A DNA stretch of 64,000 nucleotides from Candidatus Caldarchaeum sp. (lineage in GTDB: Archaea > Thermoproteota > Nitrososphaeria_A > Caldarchaeales > Caldarchaeaceae). The stretch covers positions 10,194 through 74,193 of the forward strand of contig JAWBRA010000005.1 in the NCBI GenBank assembly GCA_038844785.1. Direction: 5' to 3'. Position numbers and translations under genes: made by a program. The notes below the pieces were generated by a model. That model searched no databases, was not told the DNA's origin, and was given only the letters and a program-made list of their open reading frames with translations. Positions 28,379-37,883 of this stretch are shown here, one piece after another (within the stretch, counting starts at the first letter, position 1; each line of letters begins with the position of its first letter).

Positions 28379-29000
28379 AGTTTTCTATCTCTGACAGGCT
28401 TTTGAGAAAATAGTCCGCGTAGTCGCATTTGTCGGTGTAGACCGCCGCCGTATACATGCCCAGCTTCTTTGCTGGAGCCAGCTCAACATCGCATCTGTCG
28501 CCCACATACAACGCGTCGGAGGCGTTTACCCCGGCTTTCTCCAGCAGCAGCATGTATCCTGAAGGGTCTGGCTTAGGTTCTGCATCATCGCTCGTCACGA
28601 TAAAATCATAGCATTGTCTGTCAACGCCTAAGCATTCCAAAACCTTTCCCGCAAGCTTTCTACCAGAGTTTGTATGAAGCCCAATCACAACACCCTTACG
28701 TCTCAAGTTTCTCAGCAGCCCAACTACAGCAGCCGAAGGATGTATGTATTTTTTCACATCCGCAACATCAGCGAGCCTGTCGTAGAACCGGCCTCGCTCC
28801 AGCCCAAGAACCTCAACGCTCCTGCTTACCGTCTTCACCTTCTCCTTAACCTCCATAAGCCTTTTGAACGCCTCAGCCCTAGCTAACCCCAGCATCTCAG
28901 CTATGACCGCAACAGCCGACTGAAGGAGATGTTCTTCATACTCCCTGCTCCTGTAAAGTGTTCCGTCTACGTCTAGGAAAACGGCTTTAAACTTCCTCAA
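28371..29000 (-). CDS. HAD-superfamily hydrolase
   Basis: DVDGT motif I, TNS, KPDP and VGD...D motifs. Confidence 0.92.
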   Translation of the reverse strand: MRKFKAVFLDVDGTLYRSREYEEHLLQSAVAVIAEMLGLARAEAFKRLMEVKEKVKTVSRSVEVLGLERGRFYDRLADVADVKKYIHPSAAVVGLLRNLRRKGVVIGLHTNSGRKLAGKVLECLGVDRQCYDFIVTSDDAEPKPDPSGYMLLLEKAGVNASDALYVGDRCDVELAPAKKLGMYTAAVYTDKCDYADYFLKSLSEIENFT

Positions 29001-30007
29001 GATATTTTGAGCGTTGCGTTGGTTTTTTTGATGCTTTTTTCCGCAGGGGTCTCGCCGACCAAAGCTCTTATGGCGTCAACGTTCTCCGGCACAACTATAG
29101 CCTCCTGATGAACACCCATGAAAAAGTACACCTCACGTCCTTCAGCCCTGACCGAGTCACCCCAGACAACAGCCTCATATATATCACCTCGAGGCCGTCC
29201 ACTTTCTCTACCGTATTCAAACACGTTCGCCGTGCTCTTGAAGCCATCCGCCTTCCACACAACCTTCACACGGGTCGTCTCAGACAGTATGCTCCTCACA
29301 TCATCCGCCGAAGCTTTGTCCTTCAGCGTAATGAGCAGGCTGTGTAGATGCATGTGAGTTGTGGGTATTTTCAAAGCCATAGTAACGATATCTAAATGCG
29401 GGAGAACCGTCTTAACATCCTCAGCGTGGTGCGAGGGGATCTCCACAGGATCTAGCACGACAGCGTCTATCAATCCTTTCGAAGCCTCCTCCGGGTCGGA
29501 CGCCCTTCTAGCTATGACAACCCGAGCCTTCTCAACCCCAAACCGCTGGTCGACAGCGTTCAAAACCCTGCACAAAGCCGTTGTGTTGCATGAGACAACC
29601 CTCACGCTTTTTCTTCCCACCGCCTTCTCGTAGTTGCATTGAGCTACGAAGCTAAGGTCTGCGACGTCGGCCTCCTCACCACCTTGAAAGACAGCTTTTC
29701 TGCCAAAGCTTGCGTATTTCTCTCTGTATGTTTTGCCGACGTCGCCAGGTGTGCAGTCAACGATTACATCAACTTCATTCAGCAAGTCGTCAACAACGCC
29801 GTCAACGGCTATGCCGGCTCTCCTAAACTTGTCCACACCAGCTGCGTCGACGCAGAAAAGCCTGTAACCTTTCTCAACCGCCTGCCTCGCCTTGTAGTCA
29901 GGGGTGGTCTTGACAACGCCTACAACTTTCATGTCGTCCTGCAGCTTCACAGCGTCCGCTACCCTTCGGCCAATTGTGCCATATCCGTTAATCCCAACCC
30001 TTATCAT
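28997..30007 (-). CDS. gap: Glyceraldehyde-3-phosphate dehydrogenase, archaeal type II
   Basis: NGYGTIGRRVADAV, VVSCNTT catalytic Cys, HQEAIVVPENVDAIRA. Confidence 0.97.
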   Translation of the reverse strand: MIRVGINGYGTIGRRVADAVKLQDDMKVVGVVKTTPDYKARQAVEKGYRLFCVDAAGVDKFRRAGIAVDGVVDDLLNEVDVIVDCTPGDVGKTYREKYASFGRKAVFQGGEEADVADLSFVAQCNYEKAVGRKSVRVVSCNTTALCRVLNAVDQRFGVEKARVVIARRASDPEEASKGLIDAVVLDPVEIPSHHAEDVKTVLPHLDIVTMALKIPTTHMHLHSLLITLKDKASADDVRSILSETTRVKVVWKADGFKSTANVFEYGRESGRPRGDIYEAVVWGDSVRAEGREVYFFMGVHQEAIVVPENVDAIRALVGETPAEKSIKKTNATLKIS

Positions 30008-31224
30008 GTTAACCCAGCCCTGTAACGTTTAGCGCTGCGGGCTAGGGCTTCAATCAGAGGAAGCCTCTGCCCGGCGAGAAACATCACCAAAGCGCCGCCA
30101 GCCGTGCTTACATGGTCAATCCAATCCTTCACCCCCAGCCTCTCAAGAGCAGCTGAAAGATGGCCTCCGCTCACTATCGACGTCCCCAGCGAGCTGGCCG
30201 TGGCCAGCAAGAGTTCATCCGTCCCCTTTTCAAACCCTTTCTTCTCGAAAGCTCCAGGCGGACCGCTTATGAAAATCGTCCCCGAGCTCTTGATTATCTT
30301 GGAGTATTTCTTGATGGTTTTCTCACCGATGTCGTAGACATAGTTTGGTTTGGAAAGGTTGCTTGCATCGACTTCAACCCTCTCACCATCCTTATCGACA
30401 GCTACATCCTCGGGGAGATGGAACTTATTCCTATGCTCTTGGAGAAGGGATGCAGCTTTCGGAACATACTTCTCCAAATCGTTTGAAAGAGGATGCTTCA
30501 AAACACCTGCGGCCCTTAGGAAAACGAGACCTATCAAACCTGTTAGAAGAACATTGTCTGCTCTTCCGTTGGCGATCAGGGCGTTGATAGCCTCCAGCCT
30601 GTCCGACACCTTTGAGCCTCCCAGAACAGCGGTGTAGGGAGCCTTAGACGTTGTGACCACCCGGTTTAGGGATTTCAGCTCCCTGGCAACCAGATACCCT
30701 GCACATGTGGGCAATACCTCTGGAAAACCCACTATCGTTGGGTGTGCTCGATGGGCTGTTGGAAACGCGTCCAGCACACAGAGGTCAAACAAAGGTGTCA
30801 AATTTTTCACAATATGGGTTTTCAATGCTTCTTGAGGAGTGAACTCGTAGTTCTCCTCGGCCGCAAACCTCAAGTTCTCAAGGAGCAAAATATCCCCATC
30901 TTTAAGGCTTTTTATCGCCGTTCTCGCCGCCTCGCCGAAAACATCTTCTACAAACCTCACAGGCCTGCCTAAAACCTCTGACAAAGCTTTCGAGTGCTGG
31001 CGGAGGGAAACGTAGTCATACCTGCCAACCCTGCCCTGATGCGAGCCTAGAACTATTTTAGCACCGTTCAAATGCTTGACGGTGAACGATGCCTCCCTTA
31101 TCCTGTTCAGCTCAAGCAAGGCTCCAGTCTCTGGGTCTATGGGGGTGTTGATGTCAACCCTCACAAACACAGCCTTCCCCGAAACATCAAAGTCATCTAT
31201 GGTTAGGAAGTCAACAATATTCAC
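30004..31224 (-). CDS. pgk: Phosphoglycerate kinase
   Basis: RVDINTP, SHQGR, LLENLRF, DAFPTAHRAH and HVSTAGGA motifs. Confidence 0.97.
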   Translation of the reverse strand: MNIVDFLTIDDFDVSGKAVFVRVDINTPIDPETGALLELNRIREASFTVKHLNGAKIVLGSHQGRVGRYDYVSLRQHSKALSEVLGRPVRFVEDVFGEAARTAIKSLKDGDILLLENLRFAAEENYEFTPQEALKTHIVKNLTPLFDLCVLDAFPTAHRAHPTIVGFPEVLPTCAGYLVARELKSLNRVVTTSKAPYTAVLGGSKVSDRLEAINALIANGRADNVLLTGLIGLVFLRAAGVLKHPLSNDLEKYVPKAASLLQEHRNKFHLPEDVAVDKDGERVEVDASNLSKPNYVYDIGEKTIKKYSKIIKSSGTIFISGPPGAFEKKGFEKGTDELLLATASSLGTSIVSGGHLSAALERLGVKDWIDHVSTAGGALVMFLAGQRLPLIEALARSAKRYRAGLT

Positions 31225-31271
31225 ATGTCTGAGAAGGCGGGAGAGTTTAAAAACCTTCCCCGCAACATCGA

Positions 31272-31679
31272 GGGACTGTCAACTTAGGTCTATGGGTTGG
31301 GTCTTCCCATTCGTTGGGGTGGATAGAGTTGGGGTTGGCCTAGGCCGTCTTATGGTAGAAGTGTCTTTCCCCGTCTCAGGACATCTCCGTGGGTGAGGGC
31401 TCTAGGCGTTAGGCTGTATGTGGAGGGGCTTAGCCTCAGGGGGGTGGCTGGTATATTGGGAGGGCTAGGATTCCAGGTAAGCCATGGGTCTGTCAGGGAT
31501 TGGTTCCATATCTCGTCGGGAGGGCCTATGTATAGGCTGTATAGCTGACTGCAAAGATTCCTTGAAGTAGTTAGGGATAAAGAGGAGGATAAAACAGCTC
31601 AACACATACCTCCCAACATACAGGCCTAAGGTATCAGAGAAGCGGATAAGGGCATGGATGACCTTAAGTTGACAGTCCC
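31272..31679 (+). mobile_element. 408-bp non-autonomous IS6-family-like element (internally deleted IS / MITE)
   Basis: Perfect 15-bp TIRs GGGACTGTCAACTTA (31272-31286) and TAAGTTGACAGTCCC (31665-31679); 8-bp direct repeat AACATCGA at 31264-31271 and 31680-31687; internal transposase HTH and C-terminal remnants. Confidence 0.92.
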
Positions 31680-31728
31680 AACATCGACAGAAACAATTTT
31701 AAATCTCGGTCCCGCAGGAAAGTGGGCG

Positions 31729-31802
31729 GGGCCGGTAGATCAGCCTGGAAGATCGCCCGTCTGGCGTGCGGGAGGTCCTGGGTTCAAATCCCAGCCGGTC
31801 CA
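31729..31802 (+). tRNA. tRNA-Ala(GGC)
   Basis: GGGCCGG/CCGGTCC acceptor stem with G3:U70, anticodon loop CTGGCGT, GGTTCAAATCC T-arm; no encoded CCA. Confidence 0.95.
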
Positions 31803-31883
31803 AATTTTCCATGCTTTAGATGAATGGATGCCACAAAAGGAATAAAGCCAGCCTTGTTTCATTTGTTTACAGGTAGCCCCTTG

Positions 31884-32390
31884 ATGATAATACTGGATGA
31901 AGAGTCCTGTTTGAGGATTGTTGCAATGATCGGAGGGGAAACAGCCCGCAAGGTTGTTAAAACGCTTTTGAACAAGCCGGCGCTCACGGATGAAGAGATA
32001 TCCGCCATAACGTCTATCGATGTCAAAGAAGTTCGCAAAACGCTCCACAGGCTTAACGATGTTGGAGCCGTTTCTTACGAGGTACATCGGGACAAAAACA
32101 CGGGCCACAGGGTGTTTAAATGGAGGGTCCACCAAGAACAGCTCATAGGGTATACCAAGATTTTGATGCGTAAGGTTTTGGAGAGGCTTAAAGCCCGTCT
32201 AGAGTATGAAATGAGCAACCAAATGTACTGGTGTGGAACGGCTGGCTGTGTTAAATATAGCTTTGAGCAGGCGATGGAGGCTTTGTTTAGATGCCGTGTG
32301 TGCCGAAAGCCTTTGACGCTGTACGACAACACAAAGTTTGTCGAGGCTTTGCGGAAGAAAATAGCCGAGCTTGAGGCCAACGTTAGGTAG
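31884..32390 (+). CDS. tfe: Transcription factor E (TFIIE-alpha homolog)
   Basis: LTDEEIS...VRKTLHRL winged helix, F.W, C..C/CRVC zinc ribbon followed by DN. Confidence 0.92.
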   Translation: MIILDEESCLRIVAMIGGETARKVVKTLLNKPALTDEEISAITSIDVKEVRKTLHRLNDVGAVSYEVHRDKNTGHRVFKWRVHQEQLIGYTKILMRKVLERLKARLEYEMSNQMYWCGTAGCVKYSFEQAMEALFRCRVCRKPLTLYDNTKFVEALRKKIAELEANVR

Positions 32391-32392
32391 GC

Positions 32393-32941
32393 ATGGCCAT
32401 GCTCGCAGTGCTCCGTCTAAGCCACAGAATTGAAAGGGATAAAAGGCTGACAAGCCATGTAGCTTTGGTCGCAAGAGCATTTGGAGCAGACAAGATGTAT
32501 TATACAGGAGACAGAGACGAGAATGTGGAGCTCACAGTCAAAAAAGTTAATGAAAAGTGGGGCGGCACGTTCGAAGTAGAGTATGTTACATCTTGGCGTA
32601 TGCTTCTCAAAAGCTGGAAGGGCTGTATCGTACATCTCACAATGTACGGCATGCCGTTGAAGACGGTTATACAAGAAATCCGAAAAACATATGCTGAAAA
32701 AAAGAAGTTGATGGTTGTGGTCGGCGGTGAAAAGGTTGAGGCTGAAGTTTTTCACGTCGCTGACTACAACGTATCTATAACAAACCAGCCTCACAGCGAA
32801 GCTGCTGCGTTGGCGGTTTTCTTAGACTGGCTCTTCGAAGGAACTGAGCTGGAAAGAACTTTCCCAGACGCATTAATCCAGGTAATTCCATCACCTAAAG
32901 GCAAGATTGTCCAGAGAAGAAACGGATTCATTGAAACTTGA
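32393..32941 (+). CDS. tRNA (cytidine(56)-2'-O)-methyltransferase aTrm56
   Basis: LRLSHRIERDKRLTSHVALVARAFGA, VHLTMYG and NQPHSE SPOUT motifs. Confidence 0.95.
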   Translation: MAMLAVLRLSHRIERDKRLTSHVALVARAFGADKMYYTGDRDENVELTVKKVNEKWGGTFEVEYVTSWRMLLKSWKGCIVHLTMYGMPLKTVIQEIRKTYAEKKKLMVVVGGEKVEAEVFHVADYNVSITNQPHSEAAALAVFLDWLFEGTELERTFPDALIQVIPSPKGKIVQRRNGFIET

Positions 32942-34952
32942 TTTTGGTGAATGAAGTCTCGCTCGAAAGCTTTCTAAAAGGCTGTCCAGTTCCCTCAAAG
33001 AACTTGCTGAAAAACTCGTAGACATGCAGCCTCATCGCCTGTATGAAGACCAGCATGCCCTCCAGAAGCATAATCCCTATGTTTCCGATAATGAGAAGGG
33101 GTAGAGATAACAGCCCGAGGGCCTCCCAGGAGGTGTTGAGGAGCAGCAGTAGCGCTGAATGAACTATTAGTAGGATGGTTATTCGTGAGTAGGAGATGGT
33201 GTTCGATAGGAAATGTATTATGTTCTCGAGGGTTTCCAACAGCCCCATCCCAACCGATGAAACGATGCCTGTTTTATGCCCTATCCCAGCCAACCCAGCT
33301 ACGTATCTGCCCAACATTAAAACAAATATGCAGGCTACGGCCCCATAAACACCAAGGGCTCCGACCAGGTTGGTTGGCATATTTATCAGCGGCGCTGGTT
33401 TTTCAACCGTGAAAATTCCCTGGAGACTTCCGCCAGCGCCGAAGAAGGCCAGCGCAAACAAAATGCCGAAAAAGTACATGGCCAGGGATGGAAGCTTAAC
33501 TGTCAACGCCTCCGCTTTCTCACCCTCCCTCCAATATTTCACGAAAGCAAGTGTATAACCTATGATTAGATGAACCACTCCCAGCATTATGGTGAAGACC
33601 AGAAGCCTCTGGACTTCCGCTATGTTAAACTGCTTCGCTTCGCCGTGTTCTTCTATCAGGTGCAGAAGTTCCGGAGACCCTATAAGCCCTCCTACTTTGA
33701 AGCCGAAAGCCTCTCCAAGCAGAAAGCCGGTTACAGCAGACGCTACACCTAGGTAGGCTAAGAGCTTAGCCCATTCTTTCAACCCTCCCGACACACGGTT
33801 CAGCATGAATAGGGCAAAGATCAGTATGACAAGCCCCTGCCCCAAGTCGGCAAACATGATGCCGTAAAATATCGTGAAGAATATTGAAACGTACGGTGTT
33901 GGGTCTATTTCCCCTTGTCTTGGATGACCTTGTATGAGGGTGATCTTCTCGAACGGCCTTGTGAGAGGCGGGTTGTTCAACACAGAGGGGCTGTTGTGAG
34001 GAATTTGCTCCTCATCAAACAGAACAGGATACTTCACCCCTATCCTTGCCCGGAACTCGTCAACCCTATCCGCCGGGACAAACCCTTCAACCACCGCAAA
34101 AGACTTCAAGCTACCGGCACCCGCTATCCTGGAGAGAGCCTCTTTAACCAGAGAGTAGCCGTCGCGTAAAGCGATCAGCTTAGCCGATTCCATGGATGTT
34201 ATTTTCCTTAGCTCTTCGTCAATCTCAGTCAGTTTTTTCTCCAGCTCATCTATCTCCGACCGAAGCTTTTCCACCGCAAGTTTAATGTTCTGAGGATACT
34301 GGGGAGCGATTGTCAGAGGCTTAATACCAAGTCCCTTAACAATCCTTTCAACGTTTTCGCCGTCAGCCTTCCTCGAAACGACAACAACCATGCTCAGTCC
34401 GTCGACATCCATATCCACCACCGCTGAGAAAGGTAAAGATCTTCTAAGTTCTGCAAGCTCAGAGCCTGAGCAGAAACCGACAAAGACATGAAACCTCTTT
34501 ATTTTCTTTATCGTATCCAAGTCGAGTTCAATGTCCTCAACAGCTTTTAAGACGTTGTAGAGAGATTTCGTTTGACCAAGTTTTTCAACAACGACTTTTT
34601 TTACATCCAGAAGGTTGTTCAGCTTTAAAACCAGAGGCGTCGATTCCTCATCCAGCTTTTGCAAGAGCTGAGGCAGACCCTCAGTAGTTATTGTTATCTG
34701 GCTCAGCTTGTTTGGGTTGATTAGCTGGTCGATCAGGCCGATGGAATCTTTTATTCCAAGCTCCTGTATAATTGCCTGGACCTTTACGTAACCACTTTCC
34801 GCCCTATGCTCTATCTCATGGAGTTTTGTGTCTCTGAAACGCGGTTTCTCGGCGGGGTGGAAGTCTTCAAAACGGAGTAACTCTTCCACAAGCTGGTCAG
34901 CCCGATGACGAGGAGCTATCACTGCAACCTTGACGACTTCCGAAAGCCCCAA
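32928..34952 (-). CDS. atpI: A/V-type ATP synthase subunit I (a)
   Basis: EIDPTP, FYGIMFADLGQG, SNTISYSRI (essential Arg) and RLHVYEFFSKF motifs. Confidence 0.95.
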   Translation of the reverse strand: MGLSEVVKVAVIAPRHRADQLVEELLRFEDFHPAEKPRFRDTKLHEIEHRAESGYVKVQAIIQELGIKDSIGLIDQLINPNKLSQITITTEGLPQLLQKLDEESTPLVLKLNNLLDVKKVVVEKLGQTKSLYNVLKAVEDIELDLDTIKKIKRFHVFVGFCSGSELAELRRSLPFSAVVDMDVDGLSMVVVVSRKADGENVERIVKGLGIKPLTIAPQYPQNIKLAVEKLRSEIDELEKKLTEIDEELRKITSMESAKLIALRDGYSLVKEALSRIAGAGSLKSFAVVEGFVPADRVDEFRARIGVKYPVLFDEEQIPHNSPSVLNNPPLTRPFEKITLIQGHPRQGEIDPTPYVSIFFTIFYGIMFADLGQGLVILIFALFMLNRVSGGLKEWAKLLAYLGVASAVTGFLLGEAFGFKVGGLIGSPELLHLIEEHGEAKQFNIAEVQRLLVFTIMLGVVHLIIGYTLAFVKYWREGEKAEALTVKLPSLAMYFFGILFALAFFGAGGSLQGIFTVEKPAPLINMPTNLVGALGVYGAVACIFVLMLGRYVAGLAGIGHKTGIVSSVGMGLLETLENIIHFLSNTISYSRITILLIVHSALLLLLNTSWEALGLLSLPLLIIGNIGIMLLEGMLVFIQAMRLHVYEFFSKFFEGTGQPFRKLSSETSFTKIKFQ

Positions 34953-35055
34953 CTCTAAGCAAACCCGTCAAGACCCAATAATATTAACCCTTCACACGGA
35001 GAAAGCACATCCATTTATTTCCCCAGTTGACATCCTTAGAGGCGGGTTGGAGGCC

Positions 35056-35301
35056 ATGAATTTGGAGTTTGTGGAGATGTTACTGCTTGCGGTTTCCGTC
35101 CTTTTTGCCGTCATAGCTGTTGAGCAAAGTAGGCTTGTCAGAAGCGTTATGAGCTTGCTGGGCTACACTGCCACGCTCGGGGTCATATTTTTCATACTGG
35201 GCGCATACCCTGTAGCCATATTCCAACTACTCATCTACGCAGGCGGGATAATAGCACTCTTTATCTTCGTTATCATTTTAACCAAGGGGTATGAGGAATG
35301 A
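35056..35301 (+). CDS. NuoJ/ND6 N-terminal-like membrane subunit
   Basis: Three TM helices, AIFQLLIYAGGIIALFIF motif; ATG at 35056 after GGAGG. Confidence 0.75.
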   Translation: MNLEFVEMLLLAVSVLFAVIAVEQSRLVRSVMSLLGYTATLGVIFFILGAYPVAIFQLLIYAGGIIALFIFVIILTKGYEE

Positions 35302-35558
35302 GGTTGGCTGAAGTCTTGGGAGCCGGCACAGCCATATTTTTGGCATTCTTGGTTTTCTCAGCATTGGCGGGACCCTCTCCAGCATACAGGTTCTGGGGCG
35401 ATAACTCAGCCCGTCTCGTCCAAGCAGAGCCTGCGACGCTTTGGCGGAACGTCAGCACCATGCTCTTCAGCAACCTGTTCCCATTGTTCATAGCCTTCGG
35501 CTTAGTACTGCTAACCCTAGTTATTGGGCTTGCGGCCATGCTGAGGAGGGAAGAGTAG
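35298..35558 (+). CDS. NuoJ C-terminal-like membrane protein (split NuoJ)
   Basis: Two TM helices; LFSNLFPLF...LLTLVIGLAAM resembles the last NuoJ helix; lies between the J-like and K-like genes. Confidence 0.55.
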   Translation: MRLAEVLGAGTAIFLAFLVFSALAGPSPAYRFWGDNSARLVQAEPATLWRNVSTMLFSNLFPLFIAFGLVLLTLVIGLAAMLRREE

Positions 35559-35876
35559 ATGGGGTTGCCGGTCATCTACTACGTTCTTGTAGCTTCTTTG
35601 ATTTTCATCATAGGAGTATTCTGCCTAGCTACTCGAAAAAGCCTCATAAAACAGATTATAGGTCTTGAAATAATGGTTAACGCAGCACACCTAAGCTTTG
35701 TAGCGATATCCACCAAGCAGGGGCCAGGGCTTGTCGACCCCTACGCACAATCGTTCATACTGATATCCTTGGGAGTCGGGGCGGCTGTCGTGGCTTTGGC
35801 CCTTCTACTGTCGGTGCAGGTCTACAGAACTTACAGGACCACCGACATCACCAAGCTCAGAAGGCTCAGAAGATAA
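35559..35876 (+). CDS. nuoK: NuoK/ND4L (MrpC-like) membrane subunit
   Basis: IIGLEIMVNAA conserved Glu; C-terminal YRTYRTTDITKLRRLR. Confidence 0.8.
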   Translation: MGLPVIYYVLVASLIFIIGVFCLATRKSLIKQIIGLEIMVNAAHLSFVAISTKQGPGLVDPYAQSFILISLGVGAAVVALALLLSVQVYRTYRTTDITKLRRLRR

Positions 35877-35879
35877 CCT

Positions 35880-36531
35880 TAACCTCGAGGAAGTAATACC
35901 GGGCTACAAGACTTTCGCCGTAGGCTCCGTGCTATAAAGGCCTTAGGAGACAAACCAAGCCATATGCCCTCCCCTCTCAACCTGAGGCTGGCTAGGATAT
36001 CCTTGAACCTTCGAACTTATTTCCCAAGTCTTCACGAACACCTGCCCATCTTAGGTGAAAACCTTTTCGCTCATCAACGCAACAGGTGGATTGGGAGCAG
36101 GAACGTTGGGGATGTTTTTGGCGGCTGCAAAACGTGTTTGTATCAGGCTTCCAAGCATAAAAACAATCCTTCCGCCTGCAGGAGGATGGAAAAAGCTGAC
36201 GTGAGTGTGGTTTTCCTCAAAACGCCAGAAAACTGCGAAGCTGTAGGTGTATGTTCCTGGCTTAGCCGGAAGCCAAACATGGTAGGACTGAAACATCTCG
36301 TAATCCGGATATGTCTCAGCAATCTTCAAGAGGGTGCTCGACGGTACCGAACCGGAACCTTCCCCGACCGTTTTAACCTCCGTAGCGGTATATGTTACGG
36401 TTTTTGTTGAGGTACTGGTGACTTGAGTGTTTGCGTTGGGTTGGAGACAGACGACTGCGGTGAAAAGAGGAAAGCCGTGGAAAAACGGTGAGAGCTAGAA
36501 AAGCAGCAACTAAAACGGCTGCAGGCCTCAA
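35880..36531 (-). pseudogene. Disrupted gene for a membrane-anchored secreted protein
   Basis: TTG at 36531 overlaps the upstream stop and gives LRPAAVLVAAFLALTVF; a frameshift leads to a Thr-rich linker TQVTSTSTKTVTYTATEVKT and the 36051-36329 ORF; stops follow. Confidence 0.5.
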
Positions 36532-37301
36532 CCCATCTCACCCATGATATTAAACTCGCCTAGGCTGAGAAACTCGCCCTGGGGGATCTTAACTTCATTG
36601 ACTTTCACAACACCATCCTCATACACGTCTATTATGTTGAAGCTGTTTCCCAACCTACCTCGAGTTCTGACGCATGATACGGTCCCAGCGTTTACAAGAA
36701 GAGTGTTACCCACCTTTATAGCATTTCTAACATGCCTGTGACCCATCATAACAATGTTGACGCCGACGTCTAAAACCGTTTTAAGGACATCACCAGCATC
36801 CTCTAAAATGTCTTTCTCCCTTCCTGAAAACGGTACAGGGATTAGATGGTGGTGGAAAACAGCTATTTTCAAAACCCTATCCGTAAACTGTTGCAGGCTG
36901 TTCTTTATCAGCTGCTGACGCCATCTTCCAAGCCTTCCAGAATCGCTGTCGGGTATTGCGCTGTCCAGAAGCAAAACAACCGCCTTCTTAACACTTGTCA
37001 TCATATCCACCCGAGAAACCATCTCCTTGAACAAAGAGTCTCCATAGTTTCTTTCATCATGGTTGCCGGGAACGTAGACAACTTCAGATTCAATTCCCTG
37101 CATCTTCTCGACCGCCAGCTCATAGTCGAGCAGTATACCGTTGTCGGTCAAATCACCAGTGTGAACCGTTACGTCGGGGGCTGGGTCAAGGCCGTTCAAA
37201 AGCTTCACGCAAGCATCGAAAGCCTGGGGAAGATGCATTCCGTATTTCGTGATATGCGTGTCTGAGATGTGGGCGATACGCATAGCGATGTCCTTACCCA
37301 T
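36528..37301 (-). CDS. Calcineurin-like metallophosphoesterase (CpdA/Icc-like)
   Basis: HISDTH, TGDLTD, PGNHD, HHH and GHRH motifs. Confidence 0.92.
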   Translation of the reverse strand: MGKDIAMRIAHISDTHITKYGMHLPQAFDACVKLLNGLDPAPDVTVHTGDLTDNGILLDYELAVEKMQGIESEVVYVPGNHDERNYGDSLFKEMVSRVDMMTSVKKAVVLLLDSAIPDSDSGRLGRWRQQLIKNSLQQFTDRVLKIAVFHHHLIPVPFSGREKDILEDAGDVLKTVLDVGVNIVMMGHRHVRNAIKVGNTLLVNAGTVSCVRTRGRLGNSFNIIDVYEDGVVKVNEVKIPQGEFLSLGEFNIMGEMG

Positions 37302-37400
37302 GGCTAACCACCTTGCCACACCTTTATGTAATTAGGTTTCATGTAAGCCGAGGCCGGTTAAGACAAAAAGTTTATCATACACGTTTAGCTTCGACGTGCC

Positions 37401-37844
37401 ATGGATAATGACGGGTTGAGTGATGAACAGATACGTGACATCCTCACGCGATATAGGAAAGTTGCTGTCGTCGGAGCTTCAAGAGAGCCTACCAAGCCCG
37501 CAAACTATGTTCCTCGCTTTCTTATGAGACACGGATATGAAATAATCCCGGTAAATCCTTTCGCCGACGAGGTACTCGGGCTAAAGGCTTACAAAAAGCT
37601 TGAAGACGTACCTAAGCCTGTTGAGATTGTCGACGTCTTCAGACCCAGCGAAGCGGTTTTACAAGTGGCTCATTCAGCCGTCCAAATAATGCCGAAGGTT
37701 TTCTGGATGCAGGAAGGCATCTACAACAGAGAGGCCGCCGAGCTTCTGTCATCGAACGGCGTGACAGTCGTTTGGAACAGATGCATGATGAAAGAGCATA
37801 ACAGGCTGTTTGGCTCAAAGCCTTTAATACCTCTGGGTAAGTAA
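37401..37844 (+). CDS. CoA-binding protein (YccU-like)
   Basis: VAVVGAS, IPVNP, IVDVFRPS, WMQEGI and NRCMMKEH motifs. Confidence 0.92.
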   Translation: MDNDGLSDEQIRDILTRYRKVAVVGASREPTKPANYVPRFLMRHGYEIIPVNPFADEVLGLKAYKKLEDVPKPVEIVDVFRPSEAVLQVAHSAVQIMPKVFWMQEGIYNREAAELLSSNGVTVVWNRCMMKEHNRLFGSKPLIPLGK

Positions 37845-37883
37845 ACACAGTTTAATAACCCCCGATCATAATACATACACGGC

